From positions 19,757 through 83,756 of IMG/VR virus record IMGVR_UViG_3300033144_003384: 64,000 nucleotides of DNA, one strand, 5' to 3'. The notes under the pieces are model-generated. The model did no database searches, was not told where the DNA came from, and worked only from the letters and a program-made list of their open reading frames with translations. The stretch comes from a virus. This document shows, in pieces, positions 20,981-30,495 of the stretch (position 1 is its first letter; each line of letters begins with the position of its first letter). A program made the translations under genes and the position numbers.

Positions 20981-22659
20981 AAGGCATTCCTCCGTGGGCT
21001 GACGGAGTTTTCGATCGCTTCAAGGGTGTTAAGACTTCCGGCAACGGCTGGTCGGTCATATGTCCTGCTCACCCAGATTCACACCCGTCTATGTCGATCT
21101 CTATTGGTACCGATGGTGACAAGCTGATTTTCAATTGTCATCGTGGCTGCGCTGTTGACGATATTGTGAAGTCTGCCGGACTTGAAATGAAGGACTTGTG
21201 GAAGCCGGGCTCGTCTCGCGACCGGAAGAAAAAAGAGTGGATAGCCAATTACGACTATACCGACGCTGAGGGCAATTTGATCTTTCAGGTAACCCGCTGG
21301 ATCGAGGGCGACGGTCGTAAAACGTTCACGCAACGCAAGCCGACGAAGGCTGGTGGCTGGGAATATTCGACTACGGGTTTGAAGAAGCCGATTTACAGGT
21401 ATCCGCAGATCAAGTCCGCTATTGAGCAAGGTCTCCCGATCTATGTTGCCGAGGGTGAGAAGGACGTTGCAACGTTGGTGACTGCTGGGGTACAGGCAAC
21501 TTGCAACCCAGGCGGTGCCGGGTCGTGGCAAGCAAATCACACGAAAGCTTTAGCTAAGGCGTCTCAGGTGTTTATTGTGCCTGACCGTGATGCTGTAGGC
21601 ATGTCTCACGCAGCTCACATCAAGGGCGAATTAGAAGACCTAGATGTTGAGGTTCACGTTGTTGGTCCCCCTGAGGGTAACAAGGATGTGACGTGGTTCT
21701 TTGAGAACGCTGGCGGTTCGCTGGCTGGTCTTGTGAGCATTGAGCTGTCGGCAGAGAATCAGGACCCGTTTGTTGACATCTTGACAGAGCTTCGCAGCTT
21801 GTCTAAACAGAACATGGCGTTTGAGAAGAAGCTGCACCGTGCCCGCTCAATGCTTGATATTGCAGAGTTCGACCCTACGGATTATGGGCGGCTGGTGAAG
21901 TGGGAAGATTTCCTAAAAGAGGGAGTCGATGATTACGATTGGGTAATTCCGGGGTTGTTGGAACGGCAGGAACGCGTTATTGTGGTTGCTGCGGAGGGTG
22001 TCGGCAAGACGATGCTTGCGCGGCAAGTTGCACTAATGTCGTCTGCTGGCATTTCCCCGTTTCGTAAGGATTCGATGCCGAAGGTTGCGACGCTGTTTGT
22101 TGATTTGGAAAACCCTGAGCGGATCATTAAGCGTACGTCTGCGAAGATTTTGGAGCGCATTCGTTGGGTCAAGCCTGACGTTGGTCCGCTGGATGCTCAC
22201 CTTCTGGTGAAGCCAGATGGCTTGGATTTGCTAAAGTCTGAGGATCGTGTCCTGTTGGAGCGCATTGTTGCCCAAACTGAGCCCGACATTATCTTCCTCG
22301 GTCCGCTGTATAAGGCAATGGTTGATCCGGGTGGCCGTACTGCTGAGGCTGTGACGACTGAGGTTGCAAAGTTCTTCGACTATATCAGGGATCAGTACAA
22401 CTGTGCTTGGTGGTTAGAGCATCACGCTCCTTTGGGTTCGTCGGATTCTGGTCGTCCGCTTCGTCCGTTTGGTTCGTCGGTGTGGTCTCGTTGGTCGGAG
22501 TTTGGTATCGCGCTGGCTCCCGATCCGATGATTCACCATAGGTTTGAAGTGAAGCACTATCGTGGCCAACGTGATGAGCGAGAGTGGCCTGCTGCGTTGG
22601 TGCGTGGCGATATTTGGCCGTTTGAGGCTGAATGGGTTGACAGTCACGGCACGATTTAG
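20977..22659 (+). CDS. DNA primase-helicase (Zn finger + TOPRIM + RepA-like AAA ATPase)
   Basis: CPAHPD...CHRGC, AEGEKD, PDRD, Walker A AAEGVGKT. Confidence 0.85.
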   Translation: MKGIPPWADGVFDRFKGVKTSGNGWSVICPAHPDSHPSMSISIGTDGDKLIFNCHRGCAVDDIVKSAGLEMKDLWKPGSSRDRKKKEWIANYDYTDAEGNLIFQVTRWIEGDGRKTFTQRKPTKAGGWEYSTTGLKKPIYRYPQIKSAIEQGLPIYVAEGEKDVATLVTAGVQATCNPGGAGSWQANHTKALAKASQVFIVPDRDAVGMSHAAHIKGELEDLDVEVHVVGPPEGNKDVTWFFENAGGSLAGLVSIELSAENQDPFVDILTELRSLSKQNMAFEKKLHRARSMLDIAEFDPTDYGRLVKWEDFLKEGVDDYDWVIPGLLERQERVIVVAAEGVGKTMLARQVALMSSAGISPFRKDSMPKVATLFVDLENPERIIKRTSAKILERIRWVKPDVGPLDAHLLVKPDGLDLLKSEDRVLLERIVAQTEPDIIFLGPLYKAMVDPGGRTAEAVTTEVAKFFDYIRDQYNCAWWLEHHAPLGSSDSGRPLRPFGSSVWSRWSEFGIALAPDPMIHHRFEVKHYRGQRDEREWPAALVRGDIWPFEAEWVDSHGTI

Positions 22660-22671
22660 TATCCTTGCAGC

Positions 22672-22766
22672 AGGAGAGGCTCCTGACAAAGCCCAAGGCC
22701 CCGGATGCGTGTCCCCCCCGCAGGCATTCTGCGGCCGCCCCTTCTATCCTGTCAGGGGTCTCTTCT
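22672..22766 (+). ncRNA. candidate sRNA: rod-like hairpin with a C7 apical loop (6C-like)
   Basis: own promoter TTGACA(22637)-N17-TATCCT; 17-bp basal stem whose G.U pairs work only on the + strand. Confidence 0.65.
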
Positions 22767-22838
22767 TCTGTCTTGACTTGTCTTGCCGAGTTGCTATAAT
22801 GAACTCCTGTAAGGCTCTAGACGATTAGGAGTTAGCCG

Positions 22839-23249
22839 ATGAATTTGAGCCCAATTACGCTCGTAGGTAATGCAACTGCCGACCCCGAGGTCACTACGAC
22901 CCCAGCCGGACACAAGAAGGTCACCTTCTCCGTCGCTGTTGAGCACCGTTACAAGCAAGGGGAAGAGTGGGTATCGAAGCCTTCCTTCTTCAATGTTGTG
23001 ACGTGGCGTCAGACTGCCGACCGTGTCGAAATGCTGCTTGAGAAAGGTATGGGCGTCATCGTGACGGGCCGCCTTGATCAAAGATCGTGGGAGAATGACG
23101 AGGGCCAGAAGAGGTCATTCGTTGAGGTTGTTGCAGACAACGTTGCGATCAACGTGTGGACGGTTGATTCCGTTACGCGTCGTCAGCGTCAGTCTGCTCC
23201 TGCTGGTGCTTCCGCTCCCAGTGGTGCGCCCGCGGATTCGCCCTGGTAA
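22839..23249 (+). CDS. ssb: single-stranded DNA-binding protein
   Basis: ITLVGNATADPE, VTGRLDQRSWE, DSPW tail; terminator 23272-23300. Confidence 0.95.
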   Translation: MNLSPITLVGNATADPEVTTTPAGHKKVTFSVAVEHRYKQGEEWVSKPSFFNVVTWRQTADRVEMLLEKGMGVIVTGRLDQRSWENDEGQKRSFVEVVADNVAINVWTVDSVTRRQRQSAPAGASAPSGAPADSPW

Positions 23250-23381
23250 CGAGTCAGCTCGAATAGGGAATAAGGGGCCCCGTGAGGGCCCCTTCTCTTT
23301 GCCCTCAGGGCACACTTGACTTTTCTGTAAATTTGGGCTACAATACGTAGCAAGGACGCCACAGAAAGTAGGGAGAGACAC

Positions 23382-24101
23382 ATGAGAAGGTATTTGCTAT
23401 TAGGGGCAGCGATCTTGGCGATAGTCGTATCGACTTTGCCCGTGTTGGCTGCGACCACGGAAGAATGCCGGGGATACAGCAACCACAGTGGGGAAATTCC
23501 CGGTCGTTATGACGTTGCTTACTTCTTTGAAAATGGTCACAACAACAATGAGTGGATCGGCCCTATCGTCGTTCCGGATGGTGGGCTGAGCTATCCGCCA
23601 CCTACCGGACGTAGGTCGTGGGACACAGTCAAAAAGTGCTACGTCACGGTGACAACCACGACCACCACCGAACCGCCAACTACGACGACGACGGTGTCGG
23701 ACACGACCACCACCGAACCGCCAACCACTACGACGACAGAACCACCGACAACCACAACAACAGTGCCGAACACAACAACTACAACGGTGCCGGACACAAC
23801 AACAACAACAACAACAGTGCCGAACACAACTACGACGACGGAATCGCCAACGACCACAACAGTTCCCGATACGACCACAACGACAGACCCGCCAGCGACT
23901 ACCACAACGATTCTTCCCGAGAAATGTGATGACGGTCTTGTTGTGAACGCCAACGGGGAGTGCGAACTCCCGGCAACAGGTTCGCCAGACATGAGCCTTT
24001 GGGCAGGGGTCGGCATGGTTGCCCTTTTGGTTGGAATATTGCTTCTAGCCTTGGGACGCAACAGGAGACTCAGCGAACAAGAACGGGTTGACATTACGTA
24101 A
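23382..24101 (+). CDS. secreted Thr/Pro-rich protein with LPXTG-type anchor
   Basis: signal peptide, TTTTEPP/TTTTVPD repeats, LPATG + TM helix + RNRR. Confidence 0.8.
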   Translation: MRRYLLLGAAILAIVVSTLPVLAATTEECRGYSNHSGEIPGRYDVAYFFENGHNNNEWIGPIVVPDGGLSYPPPTGRRSWDTVKKCYVTVTTTTTTEPPTTTTTVSDTTTTEPPTTTTTEPPTTTTTVPNTTTTTVPDTTTTTTTVPNTTTTTESPTTTTVPDTTTTTDPPATTTTILPEKCDDGLVVNANGECELPATGSPDMSLWAGVGMVALLVGILLLALGRNRRLSEQERVDIT

Positions 24102-24122
24102 CTTGCTTGCTATGCTAGAGAC

Positions 24123-24208
24123 AAGCACCTAACGGTGTGGGTGAGTCCCAGTGACTGATCCTCCTTTCTCGGAAGCGGAGGGGCCTTAGCGGGCCCCTTC
24201 TTCCGTTC
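24123..24208 (+). ncRNA. candidate sRNA exposing an anti-SD sequence
   Basis: promoter TTGACA(24088)-N17-TATGCT; two small hairpins, unpaired GAUCCUCCUUUCU, 3' GC-rich hairpin. Confidence 0.55.
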
Positions 24209-24237
24209 CGGGGTATTTACGGCTAGACTGCACGATT

Positions 24238-25197
24238 ATGCAATCCTGGCTAACACACGCAGAATCATGGCCTGCCGTAAACGCTCGCGGCGGTGCTATC
24301 AATGGAACTCCATTTCAAGAAGGCCCTACTCGCGTTGCCGTAGACACTTCGAACGCCGTCTCCGTACGGATAGCCGCACTGTCTTATGGCGAGAGCGGAC
24401 GAGTACCGCACTTCACACTTGACGCAACCACGGAAACCGTGGCACAACATCTCGACATTCAGCTTGCTCCCGTGAGTGTTACTGATTTTCCGGTTGAGCC
24501 CCACAGGTTCGGTCACAACATTTGGGTTACTGTCCTTACTCCCGCAGGGGAAACGCCTACAGCGAAAGAGTCAATGTGGCTGGGTGGCGAAGTCGCGAAA
24601 ATCGCAGCCGCCGCAGGCTCGCTCACCGAGCTGTATAGTGGCGATCCGATGGGTGTCGGCGAATGGTTGCGATTCGAAGGAGTTGCGTTTACTTCCGAAG
24701 TTCCACTCACGCATGCAAGCGATACGCGTGTCGACAAGGACATGTTCCTCCTCGGTCTTTATGGCAGTCCCGTTGCCTCGGGATTTGAGATTTCAGACGA
24801 AGACATTTCGCCTACTGTCGCCCAAACTTTGGAAGAAATCGAAAACGGTGACGTTACTACTGTTACGTCGATCGAAGAGTTCAGGGCTGCGCTCGATGAT
24901 GTTGATACGATCGAGACGGAGACGATCATGGTCACCCCGGTAGTCAACGAACCAACTGCTGTTGCGACAAACGAAGAGACTGTTCTCGGCAAATTCCCTG
25001 GTCGCAAAGTCCAAGTTGGGTCCGGCGGCAAAGCGGTTGCCACCATGAAAGAAGCATTCGGCTTAGGCAAAGGCAAGTTCGATGAAGAGCTTGAAGATCA
25101 CGTAAAGATGATTCAGGAACTGGCTGATCTTCACGTGGACGGCGTGGTAGATTCTGACACCTGGGCAGCAATTGACACACACCTCCTGGAGGAGTAA
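24238..25197 (+). CDS. peptidoglycan-binding protein with degenerate amidase-like N-terminus
   Basis: C-terminal PG_binding_1-like IQ...LHVDGVVDSDTW; N-terminal PHFTLD...VAQH. Confidence 0.55.
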   Translation: MQSWLTHAESWPAVNARGGAINGTPFQEGPTRVAVDTSNAVSVRIAALSYGESGRVPHFTLDATTETVAQHLDIQLAPVSVTDFPVEPHRFGHNIWVTVLTPAGETPTAKESMWLGGEVAKIAAAAGSLTELYSGDPMGVGEWLRFEGVAFTSEVPLTHASDTRVDKDMFLLGLYGSPVASGFEISDEDISPTVAQTLEEIENGDVTTVTSIEEFRAALDDVDTIETETIMVTPVVNEPTAVATNEETVLGKFPGRKVQVGSGGKAVATMKEAFGLGKGKFDEELEDHVKMIQELADLHVDGVVDSDTWAAIDTHLLEE

Positions 25198-25351
25198 TCG
25201 TGGAAAAGGAATACGACTATTTGAACCCTCCCCCCGAGGGCATTCCTGCTGATCCTCTGCCTGCCTGGAAGCAGGAGGGAGAAGCAGATGACACGGAGAA
25301 ATGGGACTGGTCGGACACGCCGCCTAACCCAACAGAAGGGAGGGCCGAGTA

Positions 25352-26356
25352 ATGGGTTACGAACACTCTTCACTTCTTTGGCTTCCCGACGCAATGCGTG
25401 CCGAGGGTCTGAACGTAATTGAACTCGATGGCTGGAAAGAGAACGAGCAGGGCTACTACTGGTCACGCCTTCGCGAGAGTGACGGCAGGCAGGTTCACGA
25501 CGGCTACATCGGCGATCCTCGTGGCTGGGTTTGGCACCACACGGCCACAAACGGATACACCCCATTTGTGAAAAACGGCCTGGGCCAGACGAAGGCAAAT
25601 ATTTTCATGGGCATGTGGCAGGGTGGATCGAACTACAGGCTGTACAACAGTGATGCCGGGCAGCCGACCGCTGTCATTGTCTCGGCTGGCCCCTCTGATT
25701 ACAGCAACGGATCGGGATATAAGCCAGTGCTTATAGATCACGTTGAAGCCGACATAAGGTTCTACGGTCCCCAGAAGAATTCAGACTCGTATCCGAAGTT
25801 CTACGGAAACCGCTTTATGGGTGGCACCGAAATCGTTCACCCCGGTAACGGAAGTCCCGTAAACCAAGGCGTGTTCCGTATGGCCTACATTACGGCGTCG
25901 CTTCTTTCAGAACATTACGAGTGGTCGATTTATCGAAACATCGGCCACCTGGACTGGAGTCGCAGAAAAATTGATCCAAGATTTGAACAGGGTTCGCCCT
26001 ACACGATGGGCCTATTCCAAGACGCGGCAGAAGGCTTCACAGCCGGAACAGTTACACCGCCACCAACAGAACCAATTCCACCCCCGACAGGAGACTACGA
26101 GATGCATACAGTCGTGAGAGGCGACGGGTACAACAGCAAGGGCACGGCAGAGAAGCGCCCTACGGTGAAGGCAGCACAGCTGATGCTTGCCCACTGGGGC
26201 TTCGCTGACAAGAGGTCCGAAGACGGTACTTGCGCAGCAGATGGCATTTTCGGTTCTGGTACGGAGTCCGCAGCCAAGAACTTCCAGGTCGCCAAGGGCC
26301 TCGTTGTTGACGGCAAGGTCGGTCCGGTTACCTGGGCACAACTAGAAAGCTGGTAA
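25352..26356 (+). CDS. endolysin (amidase_2-like + PG-binding domain)
   Basis: WHHTA, GHLDWSRRKIDP, ADGIFGSGT...VDGKVGPVTW. Confidence 0.85.
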   Translation: MGYEHSSLLWLPDAMRAEGLNVIELDGWKENEQGYYWSRLRESDGRQVHDGYIGDPRGWVWHHTATNGYTPFVKNGLGQTKANIFMGMWQGGSNYRLYNSDAGQPTAVIVSAGPSDYSNGSGYKPVLIDHVEADIRFYGPQKNSDSYPKFYGNRFMGGTEIVHPGNGSPVNQGVFRMAYITASLLSEHYEWSIYRNIGHLDWSRRKIDPRFEQGSPYTMGLFQDAAEGFTAGTVTPPPTEPIPPPTGDYEMHTVVRGDGYNSKGTAEKRPTVKAAQLMLAHWGFADKRSEDGTCAADGIFGSGTESAAKNFQVAKGLVVDGKVGPVTWAQLESW

Positions 26357-26363
26357 TCCCGAC

Positions 26364-26696
26364 ATGTGGGGAACTGGGCTCAGGCTGGTAGTTGCCTTTG
26401 CGTGGCTGACGGCTGGCTTTGTTTATTGGCGCGCCTATCGGTTCGAAACCACCACGGTATTCCGTCCCATGCGAATATATGCAGTTGGGGTGTCCTTTGC
26501 GTGGGGAATCTGGGAAGGGTACATCGGGATATATGGCGGGCTCTTGGGGCACGACCTTCCCGAAGCGGTGAAAAATGGGTCGATTACTCTCGGCTTACTG
26601 GTCTCTACGGTGGCATACTTCTTGTTGGCTGGGTACATTACCCACAGGGTCGTACAGGCTTACTTCCCTCCCGACATGGAGGACGATGATAGCTAG
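26364..26696 (+). CDS. membrane protein in lysis cassette
   Basis: three hydrophobic segments; follows the endolysin. Confidence 0.65.
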   Translation: MWGTGLRLVVAFAWLTAGFVYWRAYRFETTTVFRPMRIYAVGVSFAWGIWEGYIGIYGGLLGHDLPEAVKNGSITLGLLVSTVAYFLLAGYITHRVVQAYFPPDMEDDDS

Positions 26697-27136
26697 TGTT
26701 GGAACAATTTGGCGATCAGCTAATAGCCGTAGTTGTCGCACTCGTCGGTCTTGGCGGTGCGGCTTTTGTCGGACGTTCTACCAATCGCAAACTCGATCGT
26801 GAGGGTGCCGACGCAATCTCGCGTGCCGCGGTGCAGCTTGTCGATCCACTAGAGCAACGCCTCGACAGGTCGGACAGCGAGAACGAGGGGCTTCGCATGA
26901 GGATTACCGCCCTTGAGGCAGAGGCCAGAGACCTCGAAACATTCCGATTTGAGAATCAGCACTTGCGTGAACGCGTGAAGTATTTGGAGATGCAAGTTGA
27001 TCTCTTGAGGGAGCGCGCCGACTATCGTGAGGAGTTGGAAAGGGCAATGGCTTCCGCCAAGGAAGAGATTGTTCTGCTCAGGGATCAGATTAGGTCTTTG
27101 GGCCATGACCCGGTAACCGAACAAGGGACTGATTGA
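26696..27136 (+). CDS. membrane-anchored coiled-coil protein in lysis cassette
   Basis: N-terminal TM segment then heptad-rich region. Confidence 0.65.
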   Translation: MLEQFGDQLIAVVVALVGLGGAAFVGRSTNRKLDREGADAISRAAVQLVDPLEQRLDRSDSENEGLRMRITALEAEARDLETFRFENQHLRERVKYLEMQVDLLRERADYREELERAMASAKEEIVLLRDQIRSLGHDPVTEQGTD

Positions 27137-27387
27137 TGTCAGACTTCGTAATTGCTCAGATTCGGACATATGTTCCGATGGGCGTTGGGATGCTTTTGTC
27201 TTGGTTGGTCGCCCAAGGAATGCTCGATGAGGCAACTTCTATGGAAGCTGTCGCAGCGATTTCCGCTGGCTTGACTGCCGTTCTCGGTGGTCTCTACTAC
27301 TTTGTTGTCAGGATGGCAGCGAAGAGGTGGCCAGGCGTGGGTGTCCTTCTTGGATATAACAAAGCTCCTGCATACACAGAAGAGTAA
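27136..27387 (+). CDS. putative holin
   Basis: IRTYVP...YYFVVR..KRWP..GVLLG pattern of actinophage holins; two TM segments. Confidence 0.7.
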   Translation: MSDFVIAQIRTYVPMGVGMLLSWLVAQGMLDEATSMEAVAAISAGLTAVLGGLYYFVVRMAAKRWPGVGVLLGYNKAPAYTEE

Positions 27388-27422
27388 CGCTAGGAGGTGG
27401 CGGATTTGTTGGGGCTTCGGCC

Positions 27423-29055
27423 TCAGCTTTTCCGTCTCCTTTTCCGTTTCGGGATAGCTGGCTTGAGGTCTTCGTGACGGTAGAACCTGCTGCGTCCGTC
27501 GTTGTCTAGTAATTGGTATCCAGTTAGCGCACCGTCTTTTTCGATGAAGCGCATGATGGTCATGATGCGATTGCTTCCGTCTTTTGCTTTGACCTTGTCC
27601 CCCGGTACGAACGTGTTCATGAACACCACCCTACCATAGTGTCAAGGAATTGTCAAGCCGTTCGGTTCTTCGGGAACATCAGCGGGTTCGTAATTGAGGA
27701 CGAATCCGGCACGCTCCATCGTCTCCATAGCTTCGGCCAGTTCTTCCTCTGTTGGGGGGCTCCCGAGTTCCAGAAGCTCGTCCATGGTTTTCAGTACGTC
27801 ATCGACCTTGTCGCTGACTTCTTCAAGTAAGCCTTTCACATCTGCTGGCGTTGTGGTGATCCTCAGCCAGTTCAAGATTGGGCTCCTTGCGAACTTCAGG
27901 ATTATGGCGAGGGCAGCAAGCAGGGCGGCTACGGTGACGAGCCCGCTTGATAGCGAGTTTAGGAGTTCCATTTGCGCAAGCCTTTCCAGTGGGTTATCAA
28001 GCTTCTTGGCCGAATTCGGTGAGGGCTCCGCCGAGCCCATGGGCTGAATCAAGGTGCAGGATGTACAGGTCTGCGACAATCTCCCACATAGCCGCTACGT
28101 CTTCCCTGACTTCGTGTTTCGATACGATTTCTCCGCATCCGATGTATTCCTCGATGGAGCCGTTTGTTCTTTCGATTGCTATGCGTTCGCCTGCTTCGCA
28201 TCGCAAGGTAACCGTGCTGCCTGCCGTGACCGGAAAGGAACTTTCGTACTCCTTGGCCATTGTGTCGCGGATGTAATTGATCTCTTCTCTGGTCAAACTC
28301 ATCGTATTAACAGGCTAGCCGCAGGGATTGCAACCGAGGCTTACTTGCCTGCGAGTTTCCTAACTTGAGTTCCGCCAAGCACAACCATCGCTGATTGAAC
28401 TTTCGGTCGCCCCCCAACCATGCGCGCTTCGATGGTTACACTTTCTTGAGTAATCTCAAGGGCGGATGCGAGACGAGCCCTTACATCGGACGTATAGGAC
28501 ATGAGAGTAGCCTCTTCGTTGATTTCCACGGTGTTGTCCCTGTCATAGGAACATAGGCCACAGCCAATCTTCTTGCCTGGAGCTTTTCTCTTACGCAATT
28601 CCAGATGACCGCACTCCATCCAGTGCTCCCACCAGACATCGGGATAGCCGCCAGTTCTGACGATATCGACGACTCTACGCTTTGGCGCGTGTCTTCGTGT
28701 CAAGATATTCCTCCGCGCTTTCGATGGCGTCGTAGAGGTTTTGTGACCATGGCGACATCAAGGTTTCCGACCAAGGCGTTCCGATCCAATCCGGGTATTC
28801 GACCGGGTTGCCAGAAAGGATTTGCTTTGTCGTAGGGGGAGGCGCTGCGACAACCATCTCTTGGTAGAGGGCGAGAGCTTTTTTCTGAAGTTCGTGCTGT
28901 TCGTCGACCCATTCGAAATCTCGGTCATGCGGTTCGCCTTCGACCTTCAACATGGCACGCAACCCTGGCGAACCTTGTGGGGGAAGCCAACTTGGGTCGT
29001 CTTGATATGCCAGGAGAGCAATCATTAGTTCATCTGGCAGATGTCGGTCGGTCAT
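27423..29055 (-). other. five hypothetical genes
   Basis: ORFs at about 27423-27629, 27642-27970, 27997-28302, 28341-28703 and 28675-29055. Confidence 0.55.
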
Positions 29056-29100
29056 AGTTTCTTTCCGGCTGAGTTCATGCTATTACCATAGCTCGGGTGA

Positions 29101-29205
29101 GGCCGCTTCGGAAGGGTTTCCCTTCCTCTTCCCTGTCCAGCCGGGGTGGCCAGAGCGAAGGGTCTGGGGTGTAGCGTTTCCTCCTTTCCGCTGCATCCCA
29201 GGCTC
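29101..29205 (+). ncRNA. candidate two-hairpin sRNA with CU-rich/anti-SD loops
   Basis: 17-bp stem 29160-29176/29189-29205 with four G.U pairs and loop UUUCCUCCUUUC; first hairpin loop UUUCCCUUCCUCUU. Confidence 0.7.
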
Positions 29206-29727
29206 TTACTTATCGGGAGTCTTGGGGCGCTCAATCTGGATGCGCTCAACCTCCCCCTTCGTTTCCACAGGAACCCATGCTTGACTATATTTGTGTTCTT
29301 TCATCTTTTTGCGCTTCAGCAAGTCGCCTTCAGCTAGCACCTGGAATTCGTCCACAGTCATATTGAGGATCATGCGCAGTTCGTCTGTGCTGTACTTTTT
29401 GCTGCGCACTACACGCTTGATGAGTCGGGATAGGTCTTTCGCCACTATCTGTCCTCGTCCGCGGTTGAGCTGTACGTGCTTCAACATGGCATTGATCTCT
29501 GGGCCACACAGCCACACAACAGGTATAGGAAGGATCGACGGTTCGTCTTGCGCTATAAGCCACCGCGCATATCCGTCAATGATGTAGCCGTCCTCATGGG
29601 CCACGATTGGCGCAAGCCATCCGGCTTTTAGCGAGGCCGTCAATACCTTCAAGTCTGGTCGAAGAATATGGGTAGTTCTCCAGGGGGCTGGTTTTAGGTT
29701 CTCTGGCTGCACATATTCAATGTTCAT
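29206..29727 (-). CDS. ParB/Srx-like protein (IbrB-like)
   Basis: GWLAPIVA..IIDGYARW, HVQLNRGRG. Confidence 0.8.
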   Translation of the reverse strand: MNIEYVQPENLKPAPWRTTHILRPDLKVLTASLKAGWLAPIVAHEDGYIIDGYARWLIAQDEPSILPIPVVWLCGPEINAMLKHVQLNRGRGQIVAKDLSRLIKRVVRSKKYSTDELRMILNMTVDEFQVLAEGDLLKRKKMKEHKYSQAWVPVETKGEVERIQIERPKTPDK

Positions 29728-30048
29728 TCCGATTCCTTCAACCATCCGCAGTTCTTGCAATACTCGCCACCTGAGACGAGTTCGTTCGACATGTCAATCC
29801 ATTCGTGTTCTGAGCAATCATCGAGGACGAGGTGACGTTTAGTGGAGTCGATTGCTGCCCACAGTTCGTATGACTTTTTGCACACAAGGTGAGTACACAG
29901 CTCATACACGTCACAGACCATTCCAACGGAATACTGGCCTAGCTCGATCACGTTCAGTAAGGCTGTGATGGACTCGTTATTGGGGTCGATTCCTTCTTTG
30001 TCCCATAGCGGATCGTCGTAGGTTGCCGAAAAGCGAACGGGTTTCTTT

Positions 30049-30450
30049 TTACTTCTCTTGAAGCCCATAGGTTCCTTCATAATCTACATAAACGAGATGC
30101 GGGATGCGTTTCGTTGCGAGCAGCTTGATCATGCCTTTTGTGCCGTGGCTTTCTCCGTCCCACAGGACGAACGCGAAGTCGGGCGGGACGTTCACCATTT
30201 CGTTGTTGCGAATATGTCCTGCCTTTTTGCCGTACTTATTCCAGTCGGCTGGCATGTACAAAATCTCATGCTTGTGGGAAAGGGCCCAGTGCTCGCCCGA
30301 AGTGTCTACGCCCCCGGCTGTGCCGGAGATGATTACGTGTTGCGTGTAGAGACGCTGTTCGGAGTCTAACGACCCGAGGGCGTGGTCGATTAGGCGCACT
30401 GGTGCGTATCGGTTTCGGCTGCCTGCGATAAGGAATCTTGCCATAGCCAA
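30049..30450 (-). CDS. SLOG/DUF2493 (YspA-like) protein
   Basis: IAGSR, ISGTAGGVD, ADWNKYGKKAGHIRN, WDGESHGT. Confidence 0.85.
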   Translation of the reverse strand: MAMARFLIAGSRNRYAPVRLIDHALGSLDSEQRLYTQHVIISGTAGGVDTSGEHWALSHKHEILYMPADWNKYGKKAGHIRNNEMVNVPPDFAFVLWDGESHGTKGMIKLLATKRIPHLVYVDYEGTYGLQEK

Positions 30451-30495
30451 ACCCTACCCGATCGTCAAGGAAATGTCAACACGTACGGTAGTGTT

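Noticed and set aside
23618-24094. Alternative-frame ORFs (Val-rich minus, His/Asn-rich plus)
   Set aside because: Shadows of the Thr-codon repeats in the LPXTG gene
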